A stretch of 64,000 bases of DNA from Ascidiella aspersa (Eukaryota). Position 1 is the stretch's first letter. The number at the start of each line of letters is the position of its first letter. The translations under genes and the position numbers were made by a program. Positions 1-12,279 of the stretch are shown in pieces. Location: assembly GCA_963924565.1 (NCBI GenBank), contig OZ004614.1:9734001-9798000 (forward strand), in the 5' to 3' direction. The notes beneath the pieces were generated by a model that worked only from the letters and a program-made list of their open reading frames with translations, made no database searches and was not told the origin of the DNA.

Positions 1-582
1 TCGCGCTAAACTAACTATGCAAAACGTCTTTGCAACTTTGAGGACTCCTGGTAGAATATATACTCTGTATTTGTCCTTTTTGAATTTTTATTGCATATTT
101 AACGTTTTTACCACGCCCCTTCAACAAAATTATAGGATCCATCCCTGCTCAGATCCTTTTCCTTTTTGTACAATCAATTCAACAACTTTTTGGACTTCGA
201 CTGCGTGATGGCATTTATTTACGTAGTCCTATAGTGGAATAAAAAAACGCTAAATGCAGCTTAGACAATATTGTTAGGAACATTTCAAATCAATCTAGCT
301 AAGCAGAGGTTTATGTGTAAGTAGAAAGAAGGGATAATTCATACCCACATGTGCAACTTGTGACTCTTTGCGGTTAGCCAAGTAACAAATGTAGGTCTCG
401 GTATCTTACTGGTTGGCCACCCTGACCTATAGTCATGCCATATGTAAGCTTACTTGAGAAAGGAGGTCGATTATGAGGGGTAGGCTCTTTTTTCCGAGCC
501 ATTGCCCGAACCACCGCCTTTTTATGCATCTATTCCAGCTTTAACGTTCACAAAACTATTAAACGGTGATGATTTCGCGAAG

Positions 583-3500
583 GTTTAATCGGAAGATCGG
601 CCAAGCTGATCACACAGACACAAATGATGCATGAGGAACTTCGGGAAAAGTTGTTCGCCATGCAGAATCAGGTGGGAACTAACAAGCTCATCGTAGCCTA
701 GGATGAGTTAACGGTTTGCGAAAAAGCTATAGTTAAACGCTTCACGCTTGATCGACGCTTAAGGACCTGTTCGTAAAAACTTCCCGTTATGGCAAAGCGT
801 TTGTATACAATTAAATGGGATGTAAAAGACGTGTTAAGTAAAATACATTTTCTGCAATTACCATAATGATGAAACGATTGTCAAAGTTTAATTCCACAGT
901 CGAGAATTCATTAAGAAATCTTTAAAATAAAAAGCCCACTTTACAAGAATTTTTAACAATAAAACTTTTTGCATAGCAGTTTGTTTAACCACGTTAACCT
1001 AACTGATTGTGAAATTTTTTTGGAACCAATAGACATTAAACCTTGGTAAGAAGGATGTGCTCCGACCAATATAATTTAGAAGAAGCTATTTACTATCGAT
1101 TTGAGAAAATATGCTCTAAAAGTAAAAAAAATCGCAATACTAAACATTAAGTCAATCATGGTCATGCCCAACCCAACTGACCGGCAAACAAGGTTATACT
1201 TAACGAAAAACAAAGGTTATACTTAGATAAACACACTGGTTGACTATTGCCAATTTTTCATGGGAGGTCGCAGCGCTTTTCATGCGCATTTACACTTAAA
1301 TAGACCATATGATATGGCCGAGCCCTACACAGTGTTAACACCTGTAGCCATATATAGCGGACACACGTTAGATTTAGACGTAAATTATACATTTAGATGA
1401 TAATCAAGTGGCACTGTTCAACGAAAAAATTCGTCCAATACGAAATTAGTCTTTCAGCACAGCGACTTTCATTAACCCTTTTATGTTAAAGTATACAACA
1501 GATTGCTGTAATTAAATATGGCGGCCGCAACGACCGTTGGTTTGCATTTATAGCTTTTATGAAGGTTTCTAAGGACGGCGAGCGCTTCAAACTCATACTG
1601 TTACTATTTATGTAACAGCGTGTTTTTTTAAACATTTCACGCAAATGGTATGTTTTTGTTAGCCCTACTTTATTTGGTGATCGAAGCCATGGGGCAAAAT
1701 ATATTCGCTCTTATTTCTGCCAGATCCTTAAATTTTTCACCTTAAAATGTTTCTATTTATCCTGTTTATAAAGATTATAGTGAATGCGGATCCGCGTCAA
1801 GTAATCTTAAACACGTTCATTTAAATCCACGCTTGAATAACCTTTCAAAATTCATGTCAGGTCGCTTTGGACTTGGCCTCCTTGAATCTGCAAAGAGGCC
1901 GCGACCACGCACTTCCCCTGTACAACGACTGGCGCGTTCTGTGCAACCTTACCCGGGCAGAAACATTCGACGACTTGGCCGGTGAAATAAGCAACGCAAC
2001 TGTCAGAGAACGACTGAGGACGCTCTATGGCCATCCTGGGTAAGTTGCTGGCTGCTGTGATGATTTTTGCAGGGGTTAGCAATTGGTTATTTATTAGGGA
2101 TGGCCGACACCTCTTATTCTTTGTTCTCATACATATATTCGAAATGATTGGGGTAAAGTATGGCCGTCCGACCGGATAGCACATGACGTCATCAACGTGA
2201 TCGAATAAGCAAAAATGATAAATTGAAACATATTTTTCTGGTAAATAGTTGAAAGTAGCTTAGCGTTAGAAAGCTTAGTTACTCTTGATTTTCTATTTAC
2301 TGCTTTTCAAGAAATTTACATTATAATTATAAAAAATCTACTATAAAAAATCACACAACATGAATAAAATTCACAGAAGGTAATACTTTTTTCGTGTTGG
2401 ATCGGCATTAATACCAACCTAATCGTTCCGAGTTATGCTAAGTATCACAACTAACAACAACTAAAAATTAAATCTCTATAAAGAATAAAGCTAGACGTGT
2501 CAACGAATATTTCTACAAGGGAAAGACGAAACTAATTCACGAATTTAATTTGAGTTTATCCTTATTTAAAAACAAATTTCTGTTAATGCGATCAGATGAA
2601 GTAGAACCAATCAAACTTTGTTGACAAAGGTTCCGTCTAATTGCCAAATGGTTGGTGTATATTCGACAAATTCAAAATCCAATGAAAATATAAAGCCAGG
2701 GCATTCGATAAAATCGACTATTCATTAAATTTGTCGAGAACAATTATATTATCAATGCAAAATGGGATAATGCAAAGGTGGATAAAATAATGGGCTCATT
2801 TTCACAGAAGTGTATTCAGGGAGTTATTTATTCTTAGAGCTATACATATACAAATTGGTGACTCCGAGATGGACTACTTAAGCTGGAAATAATTACAAGG
2901 CTTAATATTGAACTTCACGAGGTTCAATGTTAATGGTGAAGTTCACTTATATGCTTCCAGATTCAGCTTGTTATAAAAGCGATAAAGCCGTTGTATACTC
3001 AACTGGCACATTGTCTACCCCAAATAGATTCTAGGGACTGATAGGGCATCACTTGTTTAGTTTATACTTAAACCCGACCAATAAATAAAACAACCACGGA
3101 TTTAATGACGCATACCTTCGACGGGGAGCCCCAAGACCTAATGCGTATAAATCGCTTTAGGAGTTTTTTAAGCCAATGATTGTCCCTTTGTAGGAACATC
3201 GATCTTTGGTTGGCCGGATTAGCCGAGGACATTTTGCCTGGCGGTTCGAGACTTGGTCCGACCTTCACCTGCTTGCTTGCGCGCCAGTTTAAGGCGCTCA
3301 GAGACGGTGACCGCTTTTACTATCGCAACCCGGGCGTCTTCTCAACAGAACAGGTTTCAAAAACACGTTTTTCTGTTTGCGATTTGTTGCTGGGAAACGG
3401 TCACGCATCTGTGACGTTCAACAGGCAAAACAGGGAATGAAACACGTCCAAGCCCCAACCCCCCAACCAAAAGATATTTCAACTAAGCTGGTTTAGAAAA

Positions 3501-6500
3501 TCGAGTTAGGCCCGCATATCTTTCAGATTCATCTGGGTTTGCGGGCTGTTTTAATTTCAACCGTCCCGGTCGTTTTTATTATCTTGACAGGGATTTTTTG
3601 ACACCCAATGGGACAGCAGTGTTGGGTGAATCAAAGGTTATAGGGGTATAGAGAAATCGACGCGATGTTTGGATTGTACAATGAACCATATTGTCTGGGA
3701 GTGTTTTTCGGTCATGATAAGTACACACGAAGGCCATAAATTAGGGATGGGCTTGGGGTTATGAGGGTATATTTATATAAGAAAAAAGTTAAGGTCGACA
3801 GCTTATAATTTGACGGCGTCGGGCTGCCATTGGGTCACGTAGTCTTTATGGGGTTCACCTGAGAAGTATAAGAAGCATCACAGTTCAAAAATAAGCAGAA
3901 CATCTAAACACAGGGATTAGGTAGGAAAATCATCCTCGGTAGGACAACAAACTAATTAGCCTTACAATGTTAACCGAGACATTGAGTACTCATCGGTAAT
4001 TTAAGTCAATGACTTGACTACAATAAAGTCACCGTTTTCAAATGATATGAATTAAGTTGTTTTGGTAAAACGACTTGACTTCATTGGAGTTTTTTTTTCT
4101 ATAAGTTACTTGACTTTGTCATTGGGCCAAGTGACTTAGGTATAAGTATTTTCATTTAACATTTTACTATAAAATTGATCTATTTATCTCAAGTTTTGCA
4201 CGTAAACTAAGTTATTGATCTTAATCGAATGATTTTATCAATATTCGTAATAAATTTTCTTGATGATGACTTCAAGATTAACTAAATTGAATTTTCTAAA
4301 TAAGTTGAACCCAAGTAATATATTTTTTAACAAGCAGCAAGTAAATGAGCGAAGGATGACTATAATTTCTACACAAATAGTTTCTATATTTTTCCATAGA
4401 TATTGAATGGGTTTTGAGCGAGTGAATAAAAATCTTTCAGCTTTTCGCTTTTCCACAAAGGTTGGAAACCGAATTGCGTTACAGTTTGGACGGGCGATGT
4501 GTATTTGTGTTTGTTTCTGACATGTATCAATTTTTGCGATTAAACGTAACATATAGATAAGAACTTGTATTGTATACAGTCGAAATACCTAGGTGTAGTT
4601 TTTTTGTAGTATTAAAACTGACTTTCTGGCGATGTGTTAAAAAAAAACGCAGAAATATTTAGTAAAACGGAACACCTGGCGTGGTCTTACCGGATGCGGA
4701 GCAGTATAGCCTATTGCAACAGAACGCTTAGAAATTAAAACTCGAAGCAACTGTGCACGATAAAAATCTCGGCAATACAAAAGCCGAAAAAACAACTATA
4801 CTAAAGAAGTGATGAAGTGGTCCGATTGCCGCAGTCAGCTATTACTCACGGTTCCAATCGATAAGATAAGATCAACATCTTCTGTTAAATGTTCACAATG
4901 TATGAAAAAGCTTCGGCTTACGATTGAGGTCTATAAAAGTAAACAAATGTTGTAACACAATCGGGACTGAAAGTAAACAATCTAAACAATCATTTTGGAG
5001 CTACGGAACACTTTATGTGGTTAATAATTTTGCAGAACACGAACAAAAGTTTACAGCAATACCTTACAATAAACAACACAACAATTTAACGCTTTCGGGT
5101 TTTCCTAGACCTAGTGCGATACCTCCTAGGCTTGTTTGGACGGGCACAAAATTTATATTCGGGCTGTGGTGCAATCCTATTATTACGCAACGAGTCTTAA
5201 GCCTATTACTACATAACAGCAAATTAAAAAAAATACTATTGGAATGATAGTGGATAATTAGTTTCATAAATTAAAGTCCATTTTTTTTATAAACCAGTGA
5301 CCGACGATATATTACGGAACATGCGGAACAGCGGTTGAAAATCACTGGGTATTGGCCTCGACCCGATATTATCGTACATACTGTTAGTTACAATGCTAAT
5401 AGTTCGTAAAACTTAGAATGACACCGTTAAAAGTGAATCACCCTTTGAGGCCATCTCAAAACCTAAAGAGGATACACCGATTTCCGTTATTTCGAATAAA
5501 CCCCACATTCCCAAGAAACTTTTGTTACAAAAGACGCAACATTCAACATTTCTCTGCATTGCAGGCTAGCGCCATCGAGGGATTGAGCTTTGCGCGTGTT
5601 ATTTGCGACAACTCTGGGGTGGATCGGGTCCAGACCGACGTGTTCAGACGGGTTGAATATCCGCGCGACTTCGTCAATTGTGACGCAATAACGGCGCTTG
5701 ACCTGAATCTATGGAGGGAAAGCCCCGAAGGTGAGTTTCGCTCATCCAGTTTACATACATAGTAGAGACAAAAGCTGCTCCCAAAGTGATTTGCCGAATA
5801 GTAGCGTATTTTAAGTTTTCCTTAACTTATAATTTTTTAAATACAAGTGCTTAATGTTAACTTCAATATAATTCGATGTGGTATGTCTATTTTTTTAACT
5901 ATCTTTGTTTGATAATTTGAAAGCATTACAAGCCTTGGGCATTTTCAAATGTCTGAGAAAATTAAGTTCTCTGGTGCCACCTTGTATTGAATTAAAGTAA
6001 CTATATCTATCATTAGGGCATGTGAAAATGGGGGTGCTAAGACGGTCACAAAATATCAACCCTAAAGTCAACTTATCTAACTCTTTTTGCAGCGGTGATG
6101 AAAGTATATTAATATTTGCTGATCCATCGTAGCGGTAAAAACAAGTTTTTTTTATGTATACCAAGTGATAGTATTGTTCTGGTCCAATATTAGGGCAGTA
6201 TTGGTTTCAATTGAATATCAAATTAACATGGAATTTTATCACTGAGTTGCAAACCACTTAGTTATTTCTACATTGAATTGTAAATTTTTAAAACAATTGT
6301 AGGTTAACAATTGGCGGTAACTGGACATTTTAGGGCTAATACAAATTTTGGCCTATATTACCCCCCAAAAAAATCACTTTGAACGTTTTAATTGCATCTA
6401 TTTTGCTTGTTGATAATAGTAACGACGTCATTTGGTATCGGATCGGATCTCCATATTTTTTGTCCTTAATATCGAACATCGGTATCGGAATAAAATGGTA

Positions 6501-8618
6501 TCGGACATCTCTAACTTATCCTTAATGTTTTACTATACGACGGTAAAATAGCAATCGCCAGTAGAAAACTACGACCAGCAAACGTTTGAGTTATGGCTGT
6601 GTTTTCTCGCAGTTGGGTCGTGTGGTCGCCCCAAGGACATCGATTACGGAAGTTGGAAGAGATGCGAAGGGCCAAAGGTGGCCTACTATTGCGGGCGAGG
6701 CTTCAAGATTTTCGGGGAAGCCGAAATCGAATGCGTCGGCAGTTCTTTCAACGCCGTTCCACCCATTTGCAAAGGTAAGAATTGGTACTGTCAGCAATGT
6801 GATGGGAAAATTAAGTCAGGATACGCACTATTGGAGACAACTGCTACAAAAGTATAACTTGAAAACAGCTCTTTTTGTCAATCTGAAGTTTTTTAGGCAA
6901 TTAGAAATGACCAAGTATAGTGTATGCAATTTAAGACATCAGCCGACAAATTTTTGTTTGGTTGGCTACTTTAGTCGACAAAATATAGTGCATTATTTCC
7001 TACAAACTACAGTAGCCTATAATCGATATAACTTAGGCTTCTATTTTATTCATGCTATACCTTAAGAAATGTAGCAGGAAATGTAGATTTATTAGTCGGT
7101 TTGGCGTAAAATGTGATTATAGTTCTTACTTGCTGTGTGATGGAAGTATTTATGTTTTACTATTTTAGCTACAAATCAAGTTAAAAATGGGGTGTTTTTA
7201 AATTTTAAAGTTAATATAGATTTATGCTTTGAGAAACGTCTCTGCGTGGGTTACTAAATTTAAGCAAATAATTTAGTTTTAAAAAAAAATTAAACGTAAA
7301 AAAATATGTCTGGTTACGCAGGGCTAAGCACTTTTGCTTTTTAACAGATGAAAACGAATGCATGGTCAATAATGGCGGTTGTGAAGAGGCCTGCACCAAC
7401 TCTGTAGGAAGCTACACATGTGCCTGTTCGGAGGGAAAAACCCTAAATGAAGACGGCATAAGCTGCAAAATGGCGCCTGCTGCCGATGACATTACAGAGG
7501 TAGGCCCAATTGTGTTGAGCGTAGTGAAGTTGCCTATCACCGGTGAAATTGCCACTAAACTAAACTTTTACAAATAATTTGTCCGACGAAACTGGCATGG
7601 GCGGAACAATCAACATCGCACTTTTAACGAAAATTGTTTTTCTTGTTTAATAAGATTAATAACAGGGAATATCGTTTAAAAAAAAAAATCAATTTGAAAA
7701 TTGCAACGCATTAGGTCGATTATTGGGGTAACGCCGTTTCATTTCGAAGAATCCTTTAGGAAAAGCATCGCCATGTGCACCAAATAGGCAAAAATACCTT
7801 TAAAAGTAGCAAAAAATAATCCTGCTATCTTCTTTTTTTGTTTCGCAGCACCCTGGTAGCCACATCGAGGCAATTGCTACTGGTACTGTCCTTGGAATCG
7901 CACTGCTGGTTTTACTGATAGCGTCAGGTGTGCTGCTCTCGAAATACATGTGAGTAAAGTGTTGTGAAAAGCATGAGTTCTTACTTAATGTGTATAGAAC
8001 AGGAAGCTCGGACCAAAAGCAATAGGTATTTTATTTTATAGGCCGTAACAAAATAGCCTATAACGTCCGTTTTACCTACTGTTCTTTGGGGTCAAAGTTT
8101 ACACGCTTGTTCGCATGATTCGCAGTTATTTAATTAGGTCAAATTTCCAATTAACGTTTGTACAATTACAGTGTTGTAAACAATTTATTTTCCAATGTCG
8201 GAAGTCCCAGTCATGACTTTTGTAAAATAATTGTCTGAAGTCAAGTAGTTTTGATTAAATAGCCTAACAAGTGAAGTCAAGAACACCTACCATATATCTG
8301 CCACATGAAAAAAAATGTATATTTGAGAAAAAACATGCCACACATAGAGTATGGGGTTATAACAATTTTTTTTTAACTTTCGAACGAATAACCGCCTTAA
8401 TGCCTTGGGTTTAAGGAGTTTATAACCTAAATAGCTGAAATTATAGAAAAATACCCGATCAAGAGGATTTGATTCTACACTTACTGAACCACGCATCTAA
8501 AACAATTTTGAATGCTTGCAGAACTGCAAAAGCCATGGCAAAATCTGCATCGGGATACCACGATGAGAAGAGTGCTGACGGCAAAGTATACGTCAATAAA
8601 GCAGCCGAGGAAATGTAG
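583..8618 (+). CDS. TPO: Thyroid peroxidase-like heme peroxidase, 3' part (5' exons lie upstream of the window)
   Basis: Phase-consistent GT-AG exons 583-671, 1861-2039, 3194-3353, 5565-5730, 6613-6774, 7348-7499, 7849-7949, 8522-8618(TAG). Translation includes [34 protein letters not shown]...[12 protein letters not shown] and SFARVICDN (animal heme peroxidase), then a Sushi/CCP exon ([10 protein letters not shown]...CGRGF...[14 protein letters not shown]), a Ca-binding EGF exon ([27 protein letters not shown]), a TM exon ([23 protein letters not shown]) and a short tail. This domain order is diagnostic of TPO. Confidence 0.92.
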
Positions 8619-8823
8619 AATCGAGACTGACTTTTCATCGCCCTCTTTGACACCTCGAACACTTCACAGCCATGTTACTTCACGCTTTTCATACGCGACG
8701 TACAGAACCCTACTTATTGAAACCTTTGTTTTATCCGTTAAAAGCCCTTTTTGACAGGCCATACGGATGTAAAAGCTAACAGGTGAAAACAGGTAGACCG
8801 CCATAAAGTTTGCTTTTAGTTGG

Positions 8824-8829
8824 AATAAA
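8824..8829 (+). terminator. Candidate polyadenylation signal of the TPO-like gene (duplicate at 17837-17842)
   Basis: AATAAA ~205 nt after the stop, followed by a U/GU-rich tract (tttttgttgttgttg). Confidence 0.55.
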
Positions 8830-11366
8830 TCATTTTTGTTGTTGTTGTTGCAATTTACTGAATTGAGTTAAACGTTCCGGCGGTGCTTACTGGGTCCTCC
8901 TAAATAGACTTGGACAACTAGATAATTCTAGTTTTCTAATTCAATAAATTAAAGCGAAATGCGACTAAGTTAAACAAAAAATGATTAATTTAAAGACAAA
9001 ATGCGACTAATTCTACATCTAGTTGTCCAAGTCTGCGTCCTAATAACCTCAGGGTTCTGCCTTTACTCTTCAATACAAACCCCTGCGACGTTGTTCTTCC
9101 AAACGTACTTTCCAAATGCAACTGCGAAAACTTTTTTAACGAAAGTGCCTTTTGAATAACAAATATAAATGTATTTTCTTTTTAGTGAAAAGCATAAAAA
9201 TGTGATTTTGTTCGTGGACGAGCTTATATCAGAATGTCGAGTAATGCATTGTATATATATTAAAGACATTTCTTACCTGTGAGGCATCGATGGTAAAAGC
9301 ATTCTCTGCTATTTAAAAAGGCACGACAAATAAATAGATTTTTGTGGAGGTAGGTTAAATGCATAAATAAAAAAATAACTTTTCACTTTACTAATGTGTA
9401 AGATGTGCATTATAACTTTGGGAGAAATCAAGATGTAAAATGCGTTGGTGATAGCAATGAACTCTTTAAAAAAAAAATTGCAAAATGAAAATTGTACAAA
9501 ATGGTGTGCAACTGTGCATATATAACTCGAACATGTGCGAACCACATAAATCAAATGTAAAAATGCTACATACTAAATTTAACAACCCACTGCGATTTAA
9601 GCAACAGAAGATAGTGCAAGCAAAATAAAGAAGTGCAAATGGAACAAAAACATATTTTAAAATAAACGAGAAAGTGCAATGGTGTTCCATACAACTCTAA
9701 AATAGACGTAGTCCATGACATAAAAACACGTACAATGCGATTTGTCAGATTTGCGTATATAAACAGTAAACAGTGAATAGGTCGACTTGTAATAACAAAC
9801 ACACCAACTTGAAAGCAATAAATCAAAACTCTTAAGTCAACGTAATGTAAAAAATGCACTACTACCAAATACGCTCTATCTTGAAGAAAGCTGGGTTGCT
9901 ATGGGGCTTAAAAATATGAGTTTACCCCTTCATAAAAATCGATGAGGCTAAAAATAGAAATCGAACAAAGACCCAAGGCGAATTTATGATCCAAGTTGAA
10001 GCTTTCCTGTACACGAGAATAGAGATCCGGTTTTCAGGCCCTGTTCAACAAAAGAAGACTTGTAAAATATCGTATATGTTTTGATTTTTCGTTCTTTTGT
10101 TTTTTTTAATCTTTTTGCTGCAAAATAAAACATCGTCACGTGCAAAAAAGATGAATGTTACATCACCGGCGAAATATTTTTTCGCATTTTTTACTAGGGC
10201 AGACGAATTTACTCAAATTATACAACAATTGCAAAATGGGTTCTTAACTCGATGCCTTAGGGTACGTAGTCTAGCTTTAGGGGGGGTCCACGAATGCCTA
10301 ATGGAAACCGTAGTGTATAATTAAAAAATGTAATGATTTTTTTTAAATAAAATACTAGTAGTTAAAAATACGCTTTAGCCTCTTCTTGAATGTATTAAGA
10401 CTTAATTTCACTTTCGATTTACGCATGAGTTACATCGGAAACAGCAATAACTTTGCCTTATGACACCATCACTGAAAAATTACATGACAACCTTGTTCAA
10501 GCGAACCAAAGTTAATTATAGGGCAGGGAACCGCAATCCCAAAATATAAGTTCTAAAGTCGTGCGACCAAAATATTTCGCGGGTTGTTTTTAGTTTAAAC
10601 GTTGGCCTATGACTGTTTATTTGTAGCGACTTTTCTCAAAACTTTGAGCTTTGTCCATATTGAAAATACTCAACAGGAATTGCGTTTTAAGCAAAAATGC
10701 ATTTATATATATCAAGTTTACATCTACATTTAAAAAAATAAAAAGTGTTACGTCTCTAGGGCGCTATAACGAAAGAGCTAAAAATATTTTTTCATAGTAA
10801 ATAAAACATAATAAGAAGCAAAATCGGATTAGCGCCAAGTAAAAAGTTTAAATTTAGATAGTTAATATGGGCAACAATTAGTTCCAAGGATACGAATCAA
10901 AAATTGACAAAAACGAAGCTAGCTATGTCTAATATTTTTCAGTGTATTATCAAATTCATAAATTTTAAGATTTTTGCGATCCAAAGTGAACCTTATATCG
11001 ACCCACTTTTTACGGACCCCTGTTTTAAGAACCCTTGATCTACAAGATGATGGAGTATTATTTATTAAACCAAAAAGTGTAACTGGGAGATTAGGACCAA
11101 AGCAAGCTTATTAATACTTCCTATGTACTCGTAGGCAGGTTCAAGGAAAGCCAAAAAATAAATAGCGGATAGCTTTTTGTTTGAAACAGGAGTTAAACAT
11201 TCTATCGTGAGCGATTTTTCTCCTTTTTTTCTCTTAACTGATTTTTATACTAAACTCTTAATAAGCCGCGCAAAAAACACGGAATTGCCGACCATATAGC
11301 TTTGGGCAAGCTACTTAACACAAATACCAGGCTAGAACTTGTTTTTTTTTGTGCTGGTATCTTGAC

Positions 11367-11477
11367 TTACTTGAAGTTTCTGACCACAAACCAACGTTCA
11401 CTCTCGTCCTCTCCAGGCTGCGAATAGCTCCTCTGCTTTCTCAGACGCTTTTCGGCCGACACCGACTTTTCCATGAT
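11367..11477 (-). CDS. Duplicated (distal) copy of the last identified TRPV exon
   Basis: Intact acceptor (atatatag|ATC). Reads IMEKSVSAEKRLRKQRSYSQPGEDESERWFVVRNFK*, versus IMEQ...QRCYSQ... in the proximal copy at 20382-20492. Confidence 0.65.
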   Translation of the reverse strand: MMEKSVSAEKRLRKQRSYSQPGEDESERWFVVRNFK

Positions 11478-12279
11478 CTATATATGAGCAAAACAAAAAC
11501 GGGTCTGGAAACAAGACTTGGACGACCAGATTTATTTTGGGAACACAATGCAATATGTACGGATCTGTAATGTAGCTTGGTAATAAATTACAAAGTCAAA
11601 AAGGTCGAGTAGATCGACATCATCTTAATTACTGTATAGGACGTTTCGATACGACCTTTTATCATCTTTAGTTAATTGTGACTGAGAAGCGATTAAAGCA
11701 ACACTTAAAAAACTAGGGACGCAATTGTTAGAAGATATAAAAGGTGGGACGCAATTGTTCGATTTATTTTACTTTTTAAAATAAGATTAGAATTTAAATC
11801 AGAGCAATTCATTTTATTTTTTAATTTGATTAGAACTAGAATTATATATTATCATAATCACAATCCAGTTGATTTAAATCGCAATTTATTCTCTTAAGAA
11901 TCGAATTGGCAAATATTCTCGTGCAATATTTTATAAGTTTTTTCCCGACTAAATATTATTATTTCGAATTCTATGTTTCGACTAAGCGACAAAAATTGCC
12001 GTTGGAAAAAGCAGCATTATTGATTGTCGAATTAGATAAGAACTCGAATTAGAGCACTCAAGCAATTTACGAATTAGATTAGAATTAGAATTAGCCGCAT
12101 TTTGCTCGAATTCATTGAATTAGAAAACTAGAATTAGCTAGTTGTCCAAATCTGGTTGGAGCGCTTGGTGTTTTTTTTCCCGAAAAGTGAGCCTGCGACT
12201 TGGGGTGCATGATTCTACCGATACCGATACGTGGTCGTTTGAACGACACCCGATTTCAAATATCGGAAATAAAAATCGG

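Larger units (their letters stand above)
3327..12279. repeat. ~9-kb direct tandem duplication, unit 1
   Basis: Colinear with 12280-21292 along its whole length (offset ~8953 at the start, ~9010 at the end), with scattered substitutions and small indels. ORF-track pairs confirm it (4238/13208, 5418/14410, 7362/16355, 9063/18070). Confidence 0.97.

Noticed and set aside
4238-4552. 104-aa ORF conserved at 13208-13522
   Set aside because: Conservation reflects only the recent duplication; there is no recognisable domain and it lies in intronic repeat-like DNA.
6586-7065. Longest ORF in the track (159 aa) as a gene
   Set aside because: It is an off-frame read across the TPO Sushi exon into intron, and it is broken in the duplicate copy.
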